Shown here: positions 37,328 through 49,046 of the stretch, piece by piece
Numbering within the stretch: the first letter of the stretch is position 1
Layout of the letters: each line of letters starts with the position of its first letter
From: Macrostomum lignano
Lineage: Eukaryota
Reading direction: 5' to 3'
NCBI GenBank assembly: GCA_002269645.1
Contig: NIVC01000215.1
Span: forward strand, 720,086 to 784,085
Length of the DNA: 64,000 nucleotides
Translations under genes and position numbers: made by a program
Notes under the pieces: model-generated
The model's database searches: none
Told to the model about the DNA's origin: nothing
What the model saw: only the letters and a program-made list of their open reading frames with translations

Positions 37328-40300
37328 AATTTGCCTCTGCCGTATTTGTCTTGTCGATTATTTTCGAGGCCGCCACATTATTCGTCATAGTGCGCTAAAG
37401 ATTTTTTGATCAGCAAAGACTGCAGATAACTTAAACTTAGTATTCTTTCCAACTTCGCAATAGCATCCATGTACGTATTAATAGAAGGAAACAAGACCCC
37501 GTTACAAACCGCAGAAAATAAGTAATGAAATAATATTTTTTTAACAATTAAACTATCGTGAATATTAAAATTTGACATCATTTTTCAGACATTTGTTAAA
37601 ATCTGAACTAAATTTTGTGTCTTACGAAACAGTACTTTTCAGCGAAACCTGGAGAGACTGACTGACTGCGTCTGCGCATGATGGCGTTTTCAATATATTA
37701 TGCTATGGGCCTATGGTCTATTGATGTACATATACAGTATATACTTCTTGAAAAAACTACAGTATAGTATTATGACTACATTATTACACTGTTTCAGGCA
37801 TTCAGGCTATATTATAGGCTAAAAAATTATAATACTTTCATTAGTAATCTATAAAAGAATCTGTAAAGAATGTAAAGAATCTATACTGTGTTAAAAAAAT
37901 GCCAAGTCTGCTAAATGCCAACTCTGAAAATTTTGAGGGTCAGCAAGGATTAGCAATAGTAAGGTACAATAGAGTCAAGATATTTGTGTTTGCTTTGATT
38001 TTGAGTTTGATTAATGTTAGGCCCCTAATTAGCATCCTAGTTTTTTTATTTTGGGCATCCTAGGAATTCTGGAGCTTAGTCCTAAGATGCCAAATGCCAC
38101 AATGATCAGGGGTTGTATTTTGGATATTGTGGTAGGTCAATAGGTGTTTTTGTTCTTAATTATTCTATACCACTAAGGCCACCAAGTTGTAAGTAAGGCC
38201 TATCTATCTAGGTAGGTAGGTATGTGCTCAATTTTATCAAAATAGTCCTAAATTTAGGCTAACCCTAGATTGGAGTTGCCCAATGAGGCACATTTCTTAC
38301 TCTTGCTGTCTCCTAATAGTTATTACTTCTTTCTTCTATTAGCTTAAGCTTAGAAAATAGTAAGTCAGAATGCTTGCTTTATTTCTTAGACCAAATTGTA
38401 GTGATATAGCCAAATCTAAAATGAGGCAAAATTTGCTTGTATTTATAGCCTTATAGGGAGGTGGGGTGCATCAGTGCATAAAACAAGTATAGCAAAACAA
38501 AGTCATCAATTAAAAAAAAATTAGCAAAAATAGTTCTTGTCAAAATAATTCTCCTATTTATAACAAGTTTAGAATTAAGTTATATAGAATGGCAAAGTTT
38601 AGACTTTGTAGTCATAGATCTAGATATATATCCTAAACTTAAATATGCCCTAAAAAATCAAATTATTAGGCTCCCTAGTGTCATGGTGACCCATAATCAG
38701 GATCAAGATCATGACATGACATACCTATGCCAGAACAAATCCTATCAAAAAGTTGGATTGCACTATGCACCAGAATAAATCCTATCAAAAAAGTTTGCTT
38801 GCACCATGTACCACAACATTATAGAAAAAACTGCAAAAATCTATAATTTTCCATTTGAAAAATACTAGTAAAACTTGTATTTGAATCTGTTTCATAGAAA
38901 TGAAATGTTGATATAAATTAATAAAAAAAGCCATCAATACACTGGTAAACAAAAATTGCTAATAAAAAGAAATTATATATAATTTTCTGTTCGAGAAAAT
39001 ATTGTCTTGTCTGAAGTTTTTGTCTTGCAACAAGTTGTGCCAATTTTTTGTCTTATGTCATACTGCGCTAGACTTTTCTCCTTTGCCTGCTATTGCGCCA
39101 GAGTGCGTCAGTGCAGCGCACATCCAACCCCTTTTTGTTCTGGAATTTTCAATGAAAAAGGCAGTCTTCCTATCTATAGAATTAGTGTCTTGGTAAGGAA
39201 TGGTTATAAACTATAAAGGTCATATCCAATACTATAGAAGTAGCCTAAATTATATGAAAAAGAAAAATGTATCATTAAAATTGTATTTGAAAAATTAAAA
39301 TATCAAAAACTAAGTCAATATCCAGGGACCAAGGTCTAGATCATATAGTTCATAGTTCAGAACACTGTATGTATCCCAGAAAAAATATGACCAATTTTTG
39401 GTATATGCCAATTTATGCTAAACATATAGAATCTTATTGTAGCTAAAATGTCAATAGGGTGCCTGACCGTGCCTATATACTAACAAATAGAAAATTTCCC
39501 CAAAATGTACACTAAAATTTCTCTTAAAAAGAGGCTATTTATCTTTGACAATGAGTTTCCTAAGAAAGGTCATTTTTAAGATAGGGCCTATCAAAAATAT
39601 TAACAGTTTATTTTTTAGATTACTTTTAGAGGTAAAATAAAATCAGACCTTAGAAAATAATGATGCATAATTGTAGTAGTGCTTCAATACTGTACAAATT
39701 TTGAGCAATAAAGGTATGTTTTCTTAGAAACTAAACTTGTGCGAAATACTAGATAAATATTTTGTTTTACCATACCGAATATTTTTGTTTTACTGCGCGA
39801 AATAAATTGGGGAATTATTTTTTTGTTTTAATTGTATGCCCTATTGGAATAAGTTTTCAGACACTGTGGACAGTGCATCTAGTGCGCCATGGCAATCATA
39901 AAGTGGCCTGGACGGTGCGTCATGACAATCTTCAAATCCTAAGGTGGTATGGACGATGTGTCATTCAAATCTTCAAATCCTAGGGTGCCATAGCACTCTA
40001 GGTTTAGGTGATATTGTGCATGACTCCAGTCTCTATCATGTTCATTCTGATGATGCATCACTCGTTTTTGAGAGATTTAAAGAGATTGAGAGAAAGTTGT
40101 GTGTTTTACCGCACTTGTGTTTTACTGCACTCTGTTCTGTACTGTACTTCTGCCCCCTTCTGTTGTAGTTGTATCTATTTCTTAATTCTTAGTCTACTGT
40201 CTACTCGTCTTTTGACTTACAAAGTTACATTGTTGGTCTATTCAAAGAAAAATAAATAATGTAAATAGTGTGGCAATTGCATCAGTGAGTACTTAAAATA

Positions 40301-42544
40301 ATTACGAACACTGAAACCCTTTACTTCAATTTGGCTAATCGGTTAATACAAAATGAAGAAACTCCGTGATGAACAACACAGAGTTCACGAACAAACAAAA
40401 TTGTCTTTGCCTTATCCACACACTTTTTCAGTAGTAGTTGTAGCACTTTGGCTCGGGTCGGGTTATCAAATCTGATAACTATTTAGCATGGTGTTTCGAA
40501 GAATATTTTCACATTTAAATGTCAGCATAAATAAATGTACGCGCAACCAATCAAAAAGATAATTAAACAAAGCAGAAAATTTGTTGAGACTTTTAATAGA
40601 ATTTAGTTTACTTTTTTATTTCTTGCAACTGCGTTATAAGAGAACATTAAGAGCAATTAGCATTTGGCACTATGTTATAATGTTTATGAGGCAATAAAGA
40701 ACATTTCTGCTGCGATCTTTCAACTACAATTTCCAATTTTACGATTAACTTGCATGCATATTCTAGATGACACAGCAATCAATACATATGATAGGAGATA
40801 TGCTATACTATAGCCCATAGCAATATTATCAAAGTTATAGAAATTAGAAAAACAAGTTTTACTTACAGTTTGCTGAATTTCCACCGTGCTGCTGACTTTC
40901 TCCTGTGCATGCTTCTCATCCTTGTTCAGCAGCGCTGTATGTAGCGCGTGATGTCCTCCTTGCATCTTACCTGTGAGCTGCTGTGCGTCATGGCGCATGG
41001 CGCGCGTAGCGCGCCATGCGCCATGACTATGAGGAAAAAGAAAAAGTGCGCCGGACGCCGTCCGCGAAAATACCACTTATTCCAATAGGGATTGTATGGG
41101 GGGGGGGAAACCACTATATATAGGAGCGATTTTATAGCAAATAAACCAACTGTCTTTTACCCGTGAGCAAATAATTGCAAACAGAATAAGCAGTTCAATC
41201 TAAAACTATTTCAAAGTCTTCAAGCTAAATAGCGACTTATTCATTTGCAAAACCTGTGAAACGATTCCAAGAAATTTGCTAAGAGAAGGGAATTGGGACT
41301 AATTCTTGGAGATATACTAAGAGAGGCGCCGTGACCCTCTAGTCTTGGTAACACCCTATTAGGACTATACACTAATACATATACCAGTACTAGACCGCTC
41401 AGGCCATAAGCTACCAGAACGCTACCAGAAACGCTACTAAGAACGCTACCCAGAAATATTTAAATGAAATTCTAAGAAATAGTTAGGGAGTTAAAACAAG
41501 TATAATCAGGATAACTGTAGGAATAACACCAGTTACAACTTGGTGGCAGCTTGTAGGACATTTAATAAATACTAATAGTTAGAAGTTTAGAAAGACAGAG
41601 CCAGAAGGCCTGTCACATAATTTTAGTTTTCAATGATCATTTTTACTAATTTTATTAAATATTAGCTAATTGTAAAAGAACAAAAAAATTATCACTGATT
41701 GTTTAGAGTATATGAATCATTCTTTTCTTTATATAAAACTATTAATATTTATATTGTACATTTTATTTACATCAAAATTTATATGCACTCAACAATTTTT
41801 GTTTTTTGCATGTCAATATGTGTGTAGTGTATGCAACTTTGCAAGAGGTTATTTGTACATTATATTCAGATTATATGCCATTGGCCCTAGCAAAATAAAT
41901 AGTCACTTTGTATTAAAAATTGAAACTATCTATTAAATGTCTCAATTAATTTTTGCTATCTATTTTTTAGGTGTATTCAAGATGTTTAAGGTGTTTTTTT
42001 CATTTTAAGAATAAAAGTTTATTCATTATCATATCATTTTCATGATTTATGATAAGTTTGATCAATATTTACTAAATAATTAACAACTCTTAAATTGCAT
42101 TATGGTTTCAGCCTATTTTAATCTTTAGACAACTAAAATGAGCAAAAACTTCTCTAAATCAGATAAGAGTCTGCTTTGCAATACAATAGCCACTATTGCT
42201 ATCACAGCTAATAGTGATAGCTCTGTAAATAGCGGATGCAAAGTTTTGTCAAAGCATTTGCTTCCTCTAAAGCCATATGATTGGGTTGAACTTTATAAGG
42301 TAATAATTGATTACTGCTTTTAAGTCTTAGTAAAAAATTTAAGCACATTGATTCCAATTTTAAAATAAAGAACTTTCCATTGTAGACAAATCATAATGCT
42401 AATGAAGTCAATGCATTTACACTAACACTATCAACTAAAAAAGTTTTTGTAGACAACTTGTTGGAGTCAGTAAGTTTAAAATGTTGTATTAAAATGATTC
42501 TTGCATAAATAATTTAAATTAAAGAATGGGGATTTGATATTTGT

Positions 42545-43015
42545 TATACCTTGAAGGGGATTTAGAATCTCAATCATACCTTGAATGGGATAAGGATCTC
42601 AGTCATACCTTGGAGGGGATTTGAGATCTTAGACATACCTTGGAGGGGATTTAGGATCTTAGACATACCTTGGAGGGGATTTGGGATCTTAGACATACCT
42701 TGGAGGGGATTTGGGATCTTAGACATACCTTGGAGGGGATTTGGGATCTCAGTCATACCTGGAAAGGGATTTGGGATCTCAGTCATACCTGGAAAGGGAT
42801 TTGGGATTTCAGTCATACCTGGAAAGGGATTTGGGATCTCAGTAATACCTGGAAAGGGATTTGGGATCTCAGTCATACCTGGAAAGGGATTTGGGATCTC
42901 AGTCATACCTGGAAAGGGATTTGGGATTTCAGTCATACCTGGAAAGGGATTTGGGATCTCAGTCATACCTGGAAAGGGATTTGGGATCTCAGTCATACCT
43001 CGAAGGGGATTTAAT
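42545..43015. repeat. 30-bp minisatellite (CAGTCATACCTGGAAAGGGATTTGGGATCT)
   Basis: Tandem copies; 10-aa ORF period. Confidence 0.95.
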
Positions 43016-43138
43016 AACAATCTGTCATAACTAATCCCAGTCAATCAGCCATTCTCTCTCTCGCCCGAATAGACAACCAGATCCCTGTTGCGCAACCACC
43101 TGGCTAGCCAGTTCGGGCCACTGTCCAGCCTCCACTTG

Positions 43139-46100
43139 ATGAGGCGCAATCGCGGCGGTGGCAGCCGTCTAACCGGCAGCGCCATAGCTGAGTTTGCCTC
43201 GCCTCAGTCGGCCACCAGCTGCTTGGCAGCGGAGCCTCCCCAGCTGACCATTCACGGGTCGCCGTGCCCGCTACTCGACGAAGATCCCAGCGGCTGCGGC
43301 GACAGCGGGCGACCAAAGCGACGTCGATGTAATCTGCTGCGAGCGTCGCCTTTCTATGAAAAAGCTATCCGTGAAACTGATCCCAGCCCCATAAAATCTG
43401 TTGATCCTAACAATTTCTATGGCCAAGATGACGGAGAGGAGGCTGAGGACAAATTGGCAATTCATCAACGTCGAGCTGAACACGCCAATCAGTGCCTGCT
43501 GTTCAAACTTAATCCGATGGCTTTTAGAGCCATTTTGGAGCGACTGGATTTGAAAGATTGGTTTAGACTGTTGGTGAGAGACCTTGCTGTGCTTGTTTCA
43601 TAACCCTTAAATTAATTCTCAGGTGAGAATCTCCCCAGAATGTCTCTTAGGTGAGAATCTCCCCCCCCCAAGAATGACTCTCAGGTGAGAATCTCCCTCA
43701 GAATGACTCTCAGGTGAGAATCTCCCCAGAATGATTCTCAGGTGAGAATCTCCCCAGAATGATTCTCAGGTGAGAATCTCCCTCAGAATGATTCTCAGAT
43801 GAGAATCTCCCCAGAATGATTCTCAGGTGAGAATCTCCCCAGAATGTCTCTCAGGTGAGAATCTCCCCCCCCCCCAAGAATGACTCTCAGGTGAGAATCT
43901 CCCTCAGAATGATTCTCAGGTGAGAATCTCCCCAGAATGTCTCTTAGGTGAGAATCTCCCCCCCACAGAATGACTCTCTGGTGAGAATCTCCCCCCAGAA
44001 TGACTCTCAGGTGAGAATCTTCCTCAGAATGATTCTCAGGTGAGAATCTCCCCAGATGGTTCTCAGATGAGAATCTCCCCAGAATGATTCTCAGGTGAGA
44101 ATCTCCCCAGAATGTCTCTCAGGTGAGAATCTCCCCCCCCCAAGAATGACTCTCAGGTGAGAATCTCCCTCAGAATGATTCTCAGGTGAGAATCTCCCCA
44201 GAATGTCTCTTAGGTGAGAATCTCCCCCCCACAGAATGACTCTCTGGTGAGAATCTCCCCCCAGAATGACTCTCAGGTGAGAATCTCCCTCAGAATGATT
44301 CTCAGGTGAGAATCTCCCCAGATGGTTCTCAGATGAGAATCCCTCCACAGAATGATTCTCAAGTGAGAATCTCCTCCAGAATTATTATCAGGTCAAAGCA
44401 AAGCGCCCACAACCCCGTCGGTGTCCGCAGGAGGTGTGCAGCTGCACACATCACCGGGTACGCCTCGCGCTGACAGCTACCCGTCAGTTCCGACTGGATG
44501 GGTCGCTGTTCCGACGCGGTTTTCCAGTCCCTTCGCCGCCATTAAACGACAGCCTCTGTATGCGATTGCTGGGCCAATTATCCACAACGCTGACTTGCCT
44601 AACTGTCAATCTGGCGGATTACAGTCAGCGCAGCATTAGCGGCAAACTGCTGATTGACATTGCGCGACAATTCCCTGCTTTGGAGAGTCTGGAACTCGTG
44701 CCTGTACAGCTAAGCGCGGCCGACTGCCGATCAGCTGGTATTGCGGGGCTTCAGCGACTCGCTCGACTGCGCCTGCTGATGCCGCCGCCCGAGCAGAGGT
44801 TTGTCGCTAGCAGGGGAGCTTACGGTGGCCTTGGCTTCAGCAGCAGCTTCAGCAGCGGCTACGGCGACTGGACTGGGGACGAGTGTCGAATCACTGAGGA
44901 TGGCCTCTGGCACCTGCTGAAGGTGATGAATTGTTTGATGAGTTGATAACGGATTCTGGGTTTCGGTAGAGATGATGGATTCTGTGTTCTGGTAGAGACT
45001 AAGGATTCTGGGTTTCGGTAGAGATGATGGATTCTGGGTTCTGGTAGAGACTAAGGATTCTGGGTTTCGGTAGAGATGATGATGGATGCTGTGTTCCAGT
45101 AGAGATGATGATGGATGCTGGGTGTCAGTGGAGATAATGATGGATTCTGGGTGTCAGTGGAGATGATGATGGATGCTGGGTGTCAGTGGAGATGATGATG
45201 GATTCTGGGTGTCAGTAGAGATGATGATAGATGCTGGGTGTCAGTAGAGATGATGATGGATGCTGGGTGTCAGTAGAGATGATGATGGATGCTGGGTGTC
45301 AGTAGAGATGATGATGGATGCTGAGTGTCAGAACCTAAAGCCGCTCCCCACCGCACGCAGACCGTGGGTCCCAGACTGGAGGAGCTTCGCGTCCCGGCCG
45401 CCGGCCTCAGCGGCAAGTGCTTCCACTTCCTGACCGACCGCCTGACCATCCTGGAGCTGGTTGGTGTCGTCTCGCCGCGCGTACTTCGCCGATTGACCGA
45501 AGCCGCCTGCTGTCGGTCGCTTCGCTGCCTCCTGGTTGTCGCCGCTCCGCCAAGCCGAACTCCCGCTGGCTGTCGTCTTGCCGACTGGCTCGACTGGCAG
45601 CCAAGCGACCTCTACGCCCGATTGCCGCGTCTGTGCATCGCCGACTTTGCCGGCCGCGGCGTCAGCTGCTCGGCTCGTCACGTTGAGCTGCCGGTCGGAC
45701 AGGAGATCGGCTACTTCGGACGTCGGCACGGCGATTTGGGATCGGCAGATATTGGACAGGCCAGGCGTGGCGAGAGATGGCTGAGCGTGCTCACCGCGTT
45801 CACCTGCGTTTCCTGCCTGGTGCTCACGGATACGTCTGTGAGTTGGTTGATGGATGATGGGATTTTGGGATTGATGGATGATGGGATTTTGGGATTGATG
45901 GATGATGGGATTTTGGGATTGATGGATGATGGGATTTTGGGATTAACGGATGATGGGATTTTGGGATTGATGGATGATGGGATTTTGGAATTGATGGATG
46001 ATGGGATTTTGGGATTGATGGATGATGGGATTTTGGGATTGATGGATGATGGGATTTTGGGATTAACGGATGATGGGATTTTGGGATTGATGGATGATGG

Positions 46101-47554
46101 GATTTTGGGATTGATGGATGATGGGATTTTGGGATTGATGGATGATGGGATTTTGGGATCGACGGGTGATGGGATTTTGGGATTGATGGATGATGGGATT
46201 TTGGGATTGACAAATGATGGGATTTTGGGATTGATGGATGATGGGATTTTGGGATTGACGGATAATGGGATTTTGGGATTGACGGATGATGGGATTTTGG
46301 GATTGATGGATGATGGGATTTTGGGATTGACGGATGATGGGATTTTGGGATTAACGGATGATGGAATTTTGGGATTGACGGGTGATGGGATTTTGGGACT
46401 AACGGATGATGGGATTTTATGATTGTTGAATGATGGGTTTTGGGGATTTGAGGATAAAGATTGGAGATTTGGGTTGAGATCTTTAGACTGGGTTTAGTTG
46501 CATTGCATTGTGCATTGGGTGATGGCGTGTTAGGCTGTTGCATGTTTAAGTAAGTCGATGTGGGTTCTCTCGGATCGTGTCTAGAACATGCACTGCCCGC
46601 TACCCCTGGCCATGGCCAGGTGGACGACCAGTGTCTGCAGGCGGTGAGCCAGCGCCTGTCCAGCAGTCTGCAGGCCCTGTGCCTCACCCACTGCACCCGG
46701 ATCAGCGCCTCAGGCTTTTGCACGCTCGCCGAGTGCTCCAAATTGCGTCGGCTCCGAGTTTCCTGCACGCAGTTCGACCTCGGCGTTTCAACCCGTCTGC
46801 CTCCGCCGGGACTGCAGGAGCTGGCGGTGGCCTCCTGCCACCGGCTGGGCCAGCCTGTGCAGCCCGACGTGCTGCGACGCCTCCTGGCACTTCGCCAACT
46901 CGTCAGTCTCGACCTGTCCTTCTGCGTCGGACTGCCGACTGCCGACGAGATTGCCGATTGTCTTCGTCGGACCGACAGCGTCGCCGCCGCTGCTAAGCTA
47001 ACCATCTACTGTAGGGGTGTCAGCGTGCCGATTGCGCAGGTGAGTACGATGAAGCTTTGGCGTCTCAGCCTCGGCAATCCCATTTAACCCGTTAAAAACG
47101 TTACCGTGACAAGAATCTTGTGACTTCTCTTCAATTTCTTGACTAACTGACGATCTGAATGCGGTTATTCTTACTGTTAAAGAGTCATACCTTATGAAAC
47201 TTTCAGGAGCAACTGGACTCGATGAACCTAAATAGGCCAGTCGAGTTTAACAACCATCGATATCCATCGTCGTCATTGTCTTGTACTCAGCAGGACGGCT
47301 GGTCCAATAGCGACTGGACCGCAACAGCTGCCCAGTCGGTGCGGCCAATGTGCCTGCCGACACACTGGGTTCACCCCACTGCCACCGAAGCAGCTCGCCA
47401 GCAGGACCTGGAAGGCGGCTACGAGCACTATGTGGGCGAGTTTGACCTCATAGAGGACGAGCACGACTTCGATTTTGACGATACGGACGATGAAGATTAT
47501 ACAGACGAAGACTTAATCGACTGGGTTGACGACGGATCAGATTTTAGCTATTGA
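43139..47554 (+). CDS. F-box/leucine-rich repeat (FBXL-like) protein, ~723 aa, 5 exons, acidic C-tail
   Basis: Phase-0 GT-AG exons 43139-43573, 44431-44922, 45361-45837, 46620-47039, 47207-47554. F-box across the first junction: [25 protein letters not shown]|EVCS. AMN1-type LRRs: [18 protein letters not shown]...[22 protein letters not shown]. The true start may lie in an upstream exon. Confidence 0.8.
43616..44392. repeat. ~28-bp minisatellite (CTCAGGTGAGAATCTCCCCAGAATGATT) in F-box intron 1
   Basis: Tandem copies with variable C-run. Confidence 0.95.
44952..45325. repeat. ~29-bp minisatellite (GTAGAGATGATGATGGATGCTGGGTGTCA) in F-box intron 2
   Basis: Tandem copies. Confidence 0.9.
45848..46422. 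repeat. 24-bp minisatellite (GATGATGGGATTTTGGGATTGATG) in F-box intron 3, ~24 copies
   Basis: Tandem copies; 8-aa period DDGILGLM. Confidence 0.95.
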
Positions 47555-48058
47555 TGACAGAAGGCTGCGATGATGCTGACAGCATGCTCTGTGTTGCATT
47601 TTGCTCACCCTTTAAACCAGTTTAAATATACAAACGTTAGAAACTATTAACTACGAATAACAACACTAAAAAGCTGCACTTCAAAAGTTTTATAATAGTA
47701 CAGACCACTTGAACTTTATATGCTTCCCGATATATATTGTAAACGTCATTGATAAACGCTTAAAACAGATCCGATACCTTATGTTACTTTAGTATAGAGC
47801 ATAGCTGACAGGCTACGATTTACGTACTGTATAAAATGCGTCTGCGCTTTACAGTGCAGAGCTGTAGAGACTGCAGTTGTGTAGTATGTAACTGAGTATG
47901 ATGCAACATTGATTAGTAAACGGCCAGCACATGTAATTACAGTTCACTATAAGTTGCAGTTTGATCAGCAGGCATCCAGCAACTCGTACAGGTCGGTAGG
48001 AGCGCCGCGATCAAGCCAGCATACAGGTTGGTATAGCGCGATCCGCAACGCACATCGA

Positions 48059-48181
48059 TCACTTCTTCTTATGACCGCCCTTGGCAGCGGCCTGCTCGCC
48101 CTCGGCTTTTTCCGGCTGCTGCTTGGCGTCCTTGCTGGCATCGGCGGCCTTCTTGTCGGCGGCGGCTTTCTTGGCAGGCAT
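48059..48181 (-). CDS. Microprotein A, 40 aa: MPAKKAAADKKAADASKDAKQQPEKAEGEQAAAKGGHKKK (copy 1)
   Basis: ATG in AAACATG context with an in-frame TAA 18 nt upstream; GC3-rich codons (GCC, AAG, GAC, CAG); frame-preserving homology to microprotein B. Not in the ORF track (<60 aa). Confidence 0.8.
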   Translation of the reverse strand: MPAKKAAADKKAADASKDAKQQPEKAEGEQAAAKGGHKKK

Positions 48182-48905
48182 GTTTGTCTGTTGAGATTAG
48201 GAAGCTGATGCTTGGAGCTGCAATTTGAGAAGCGAGCAGCTGAGGTTTGCAACGTGACCAACGTCAACTTCAAGTATAGCTAGCTGGCTGTACATCCTCA
48301 TTAGAAAAACTATCTAGATATATTCTCACGGGCACTTCTTCTTCTTTAACCGCTTATTGGAGCAGTGCAGTTCTACAAGGACCATTGGTGCATATCTAGC
48401 CTCTAGTTGGATGTGCTGGACAACGAAATCTAGAGGATGCTATATCAAGCCAAATACAAGTAATGCCCCCTTTCTCTGTCTGCAACTGCTGATCTAACAC
48501 AAAACATGCTAAGCATATAGGGAAACAGAGAGCATTTAAAGAACGAGAGCCGAAAACACCTGCTTGCTTTAAAAATACTGTCCAATATGTAATTTGGAAA
48601 TGCTACTGTAATTATTCTACAATCAAACAACTTTTTTCAATGGATCAATTTACAACTATAAGCTTTCGTCAGCACGTGAGTAAGGTTAGTACAGTACAGA
48701 ATACAGTAAGTAACCTTGCAGTTTCAGAGCTGGGTGCTGCGACTCTTTAGCCCCAACAAAGACGATACGCTAATGCGGACAGATTATAGTATACTGTATG
48801 TACAGGTATAGAGATAGCTCAGAGTTCCACTCAGTCACGCCAATAGTAGGCCTGGCTGTCATGCGGTGCAGAGCACACCTAACAATTGATCTCTCTGAAA
48901 TCGCA

Positions 48906-49046
48906 TCACTTCTTCTGACCGGCCTTGGCGGCAGCGCCACCAGCCTGCTGTTGTTGTTGCTGCTGCTTTTGCTGCTTGGCGTCCTTGTTGGCATCGGCTG
49001 CCTGCTGCTTGCCGGCTCCCTGCTGCTGGTTCTGCTTGGCTGGCAT
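48906..49046 (-). CDS. Microprotein B, 46 aa: MPAKQNQQQGAGKQQAADANKDAKQQKQQQQQQQAGGAAAKAGQKK (copy 1)
   Basis: First ATG within the TTG-started 67-aa ORF; A at -3; paralogous to A at both ends and in the core. Confidence 0.8.
   Translation of the reverse strand: MPAKQNQQQGAGKQQAADANKDAKQQKQQQQQQQAGGAAAKAGQKK

Noticed and set aside
47909-48208. 99-aa plus-strand ORF with a hydrophobic TM-like tail (and its repeats)
   Set aside because: TTG start; the hydrophobic stretch is the antisense shadow of AAG/CAG/GCC codons of microprotein A.
47965-48273. 102-aa minus-strand ORF overlapping microprotein A
   Set aside because: Different frame with a non-ATG start; its equivalent frame is not conserved in paralogue B.
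48392-48446. Imperfect hairpin in the array spacer (CTCTAG...CTAGAG), miRNA-like
   Set aside because: Short stems with large asymmetric bulges; not a credible pre-miRNA without small-RNA data.
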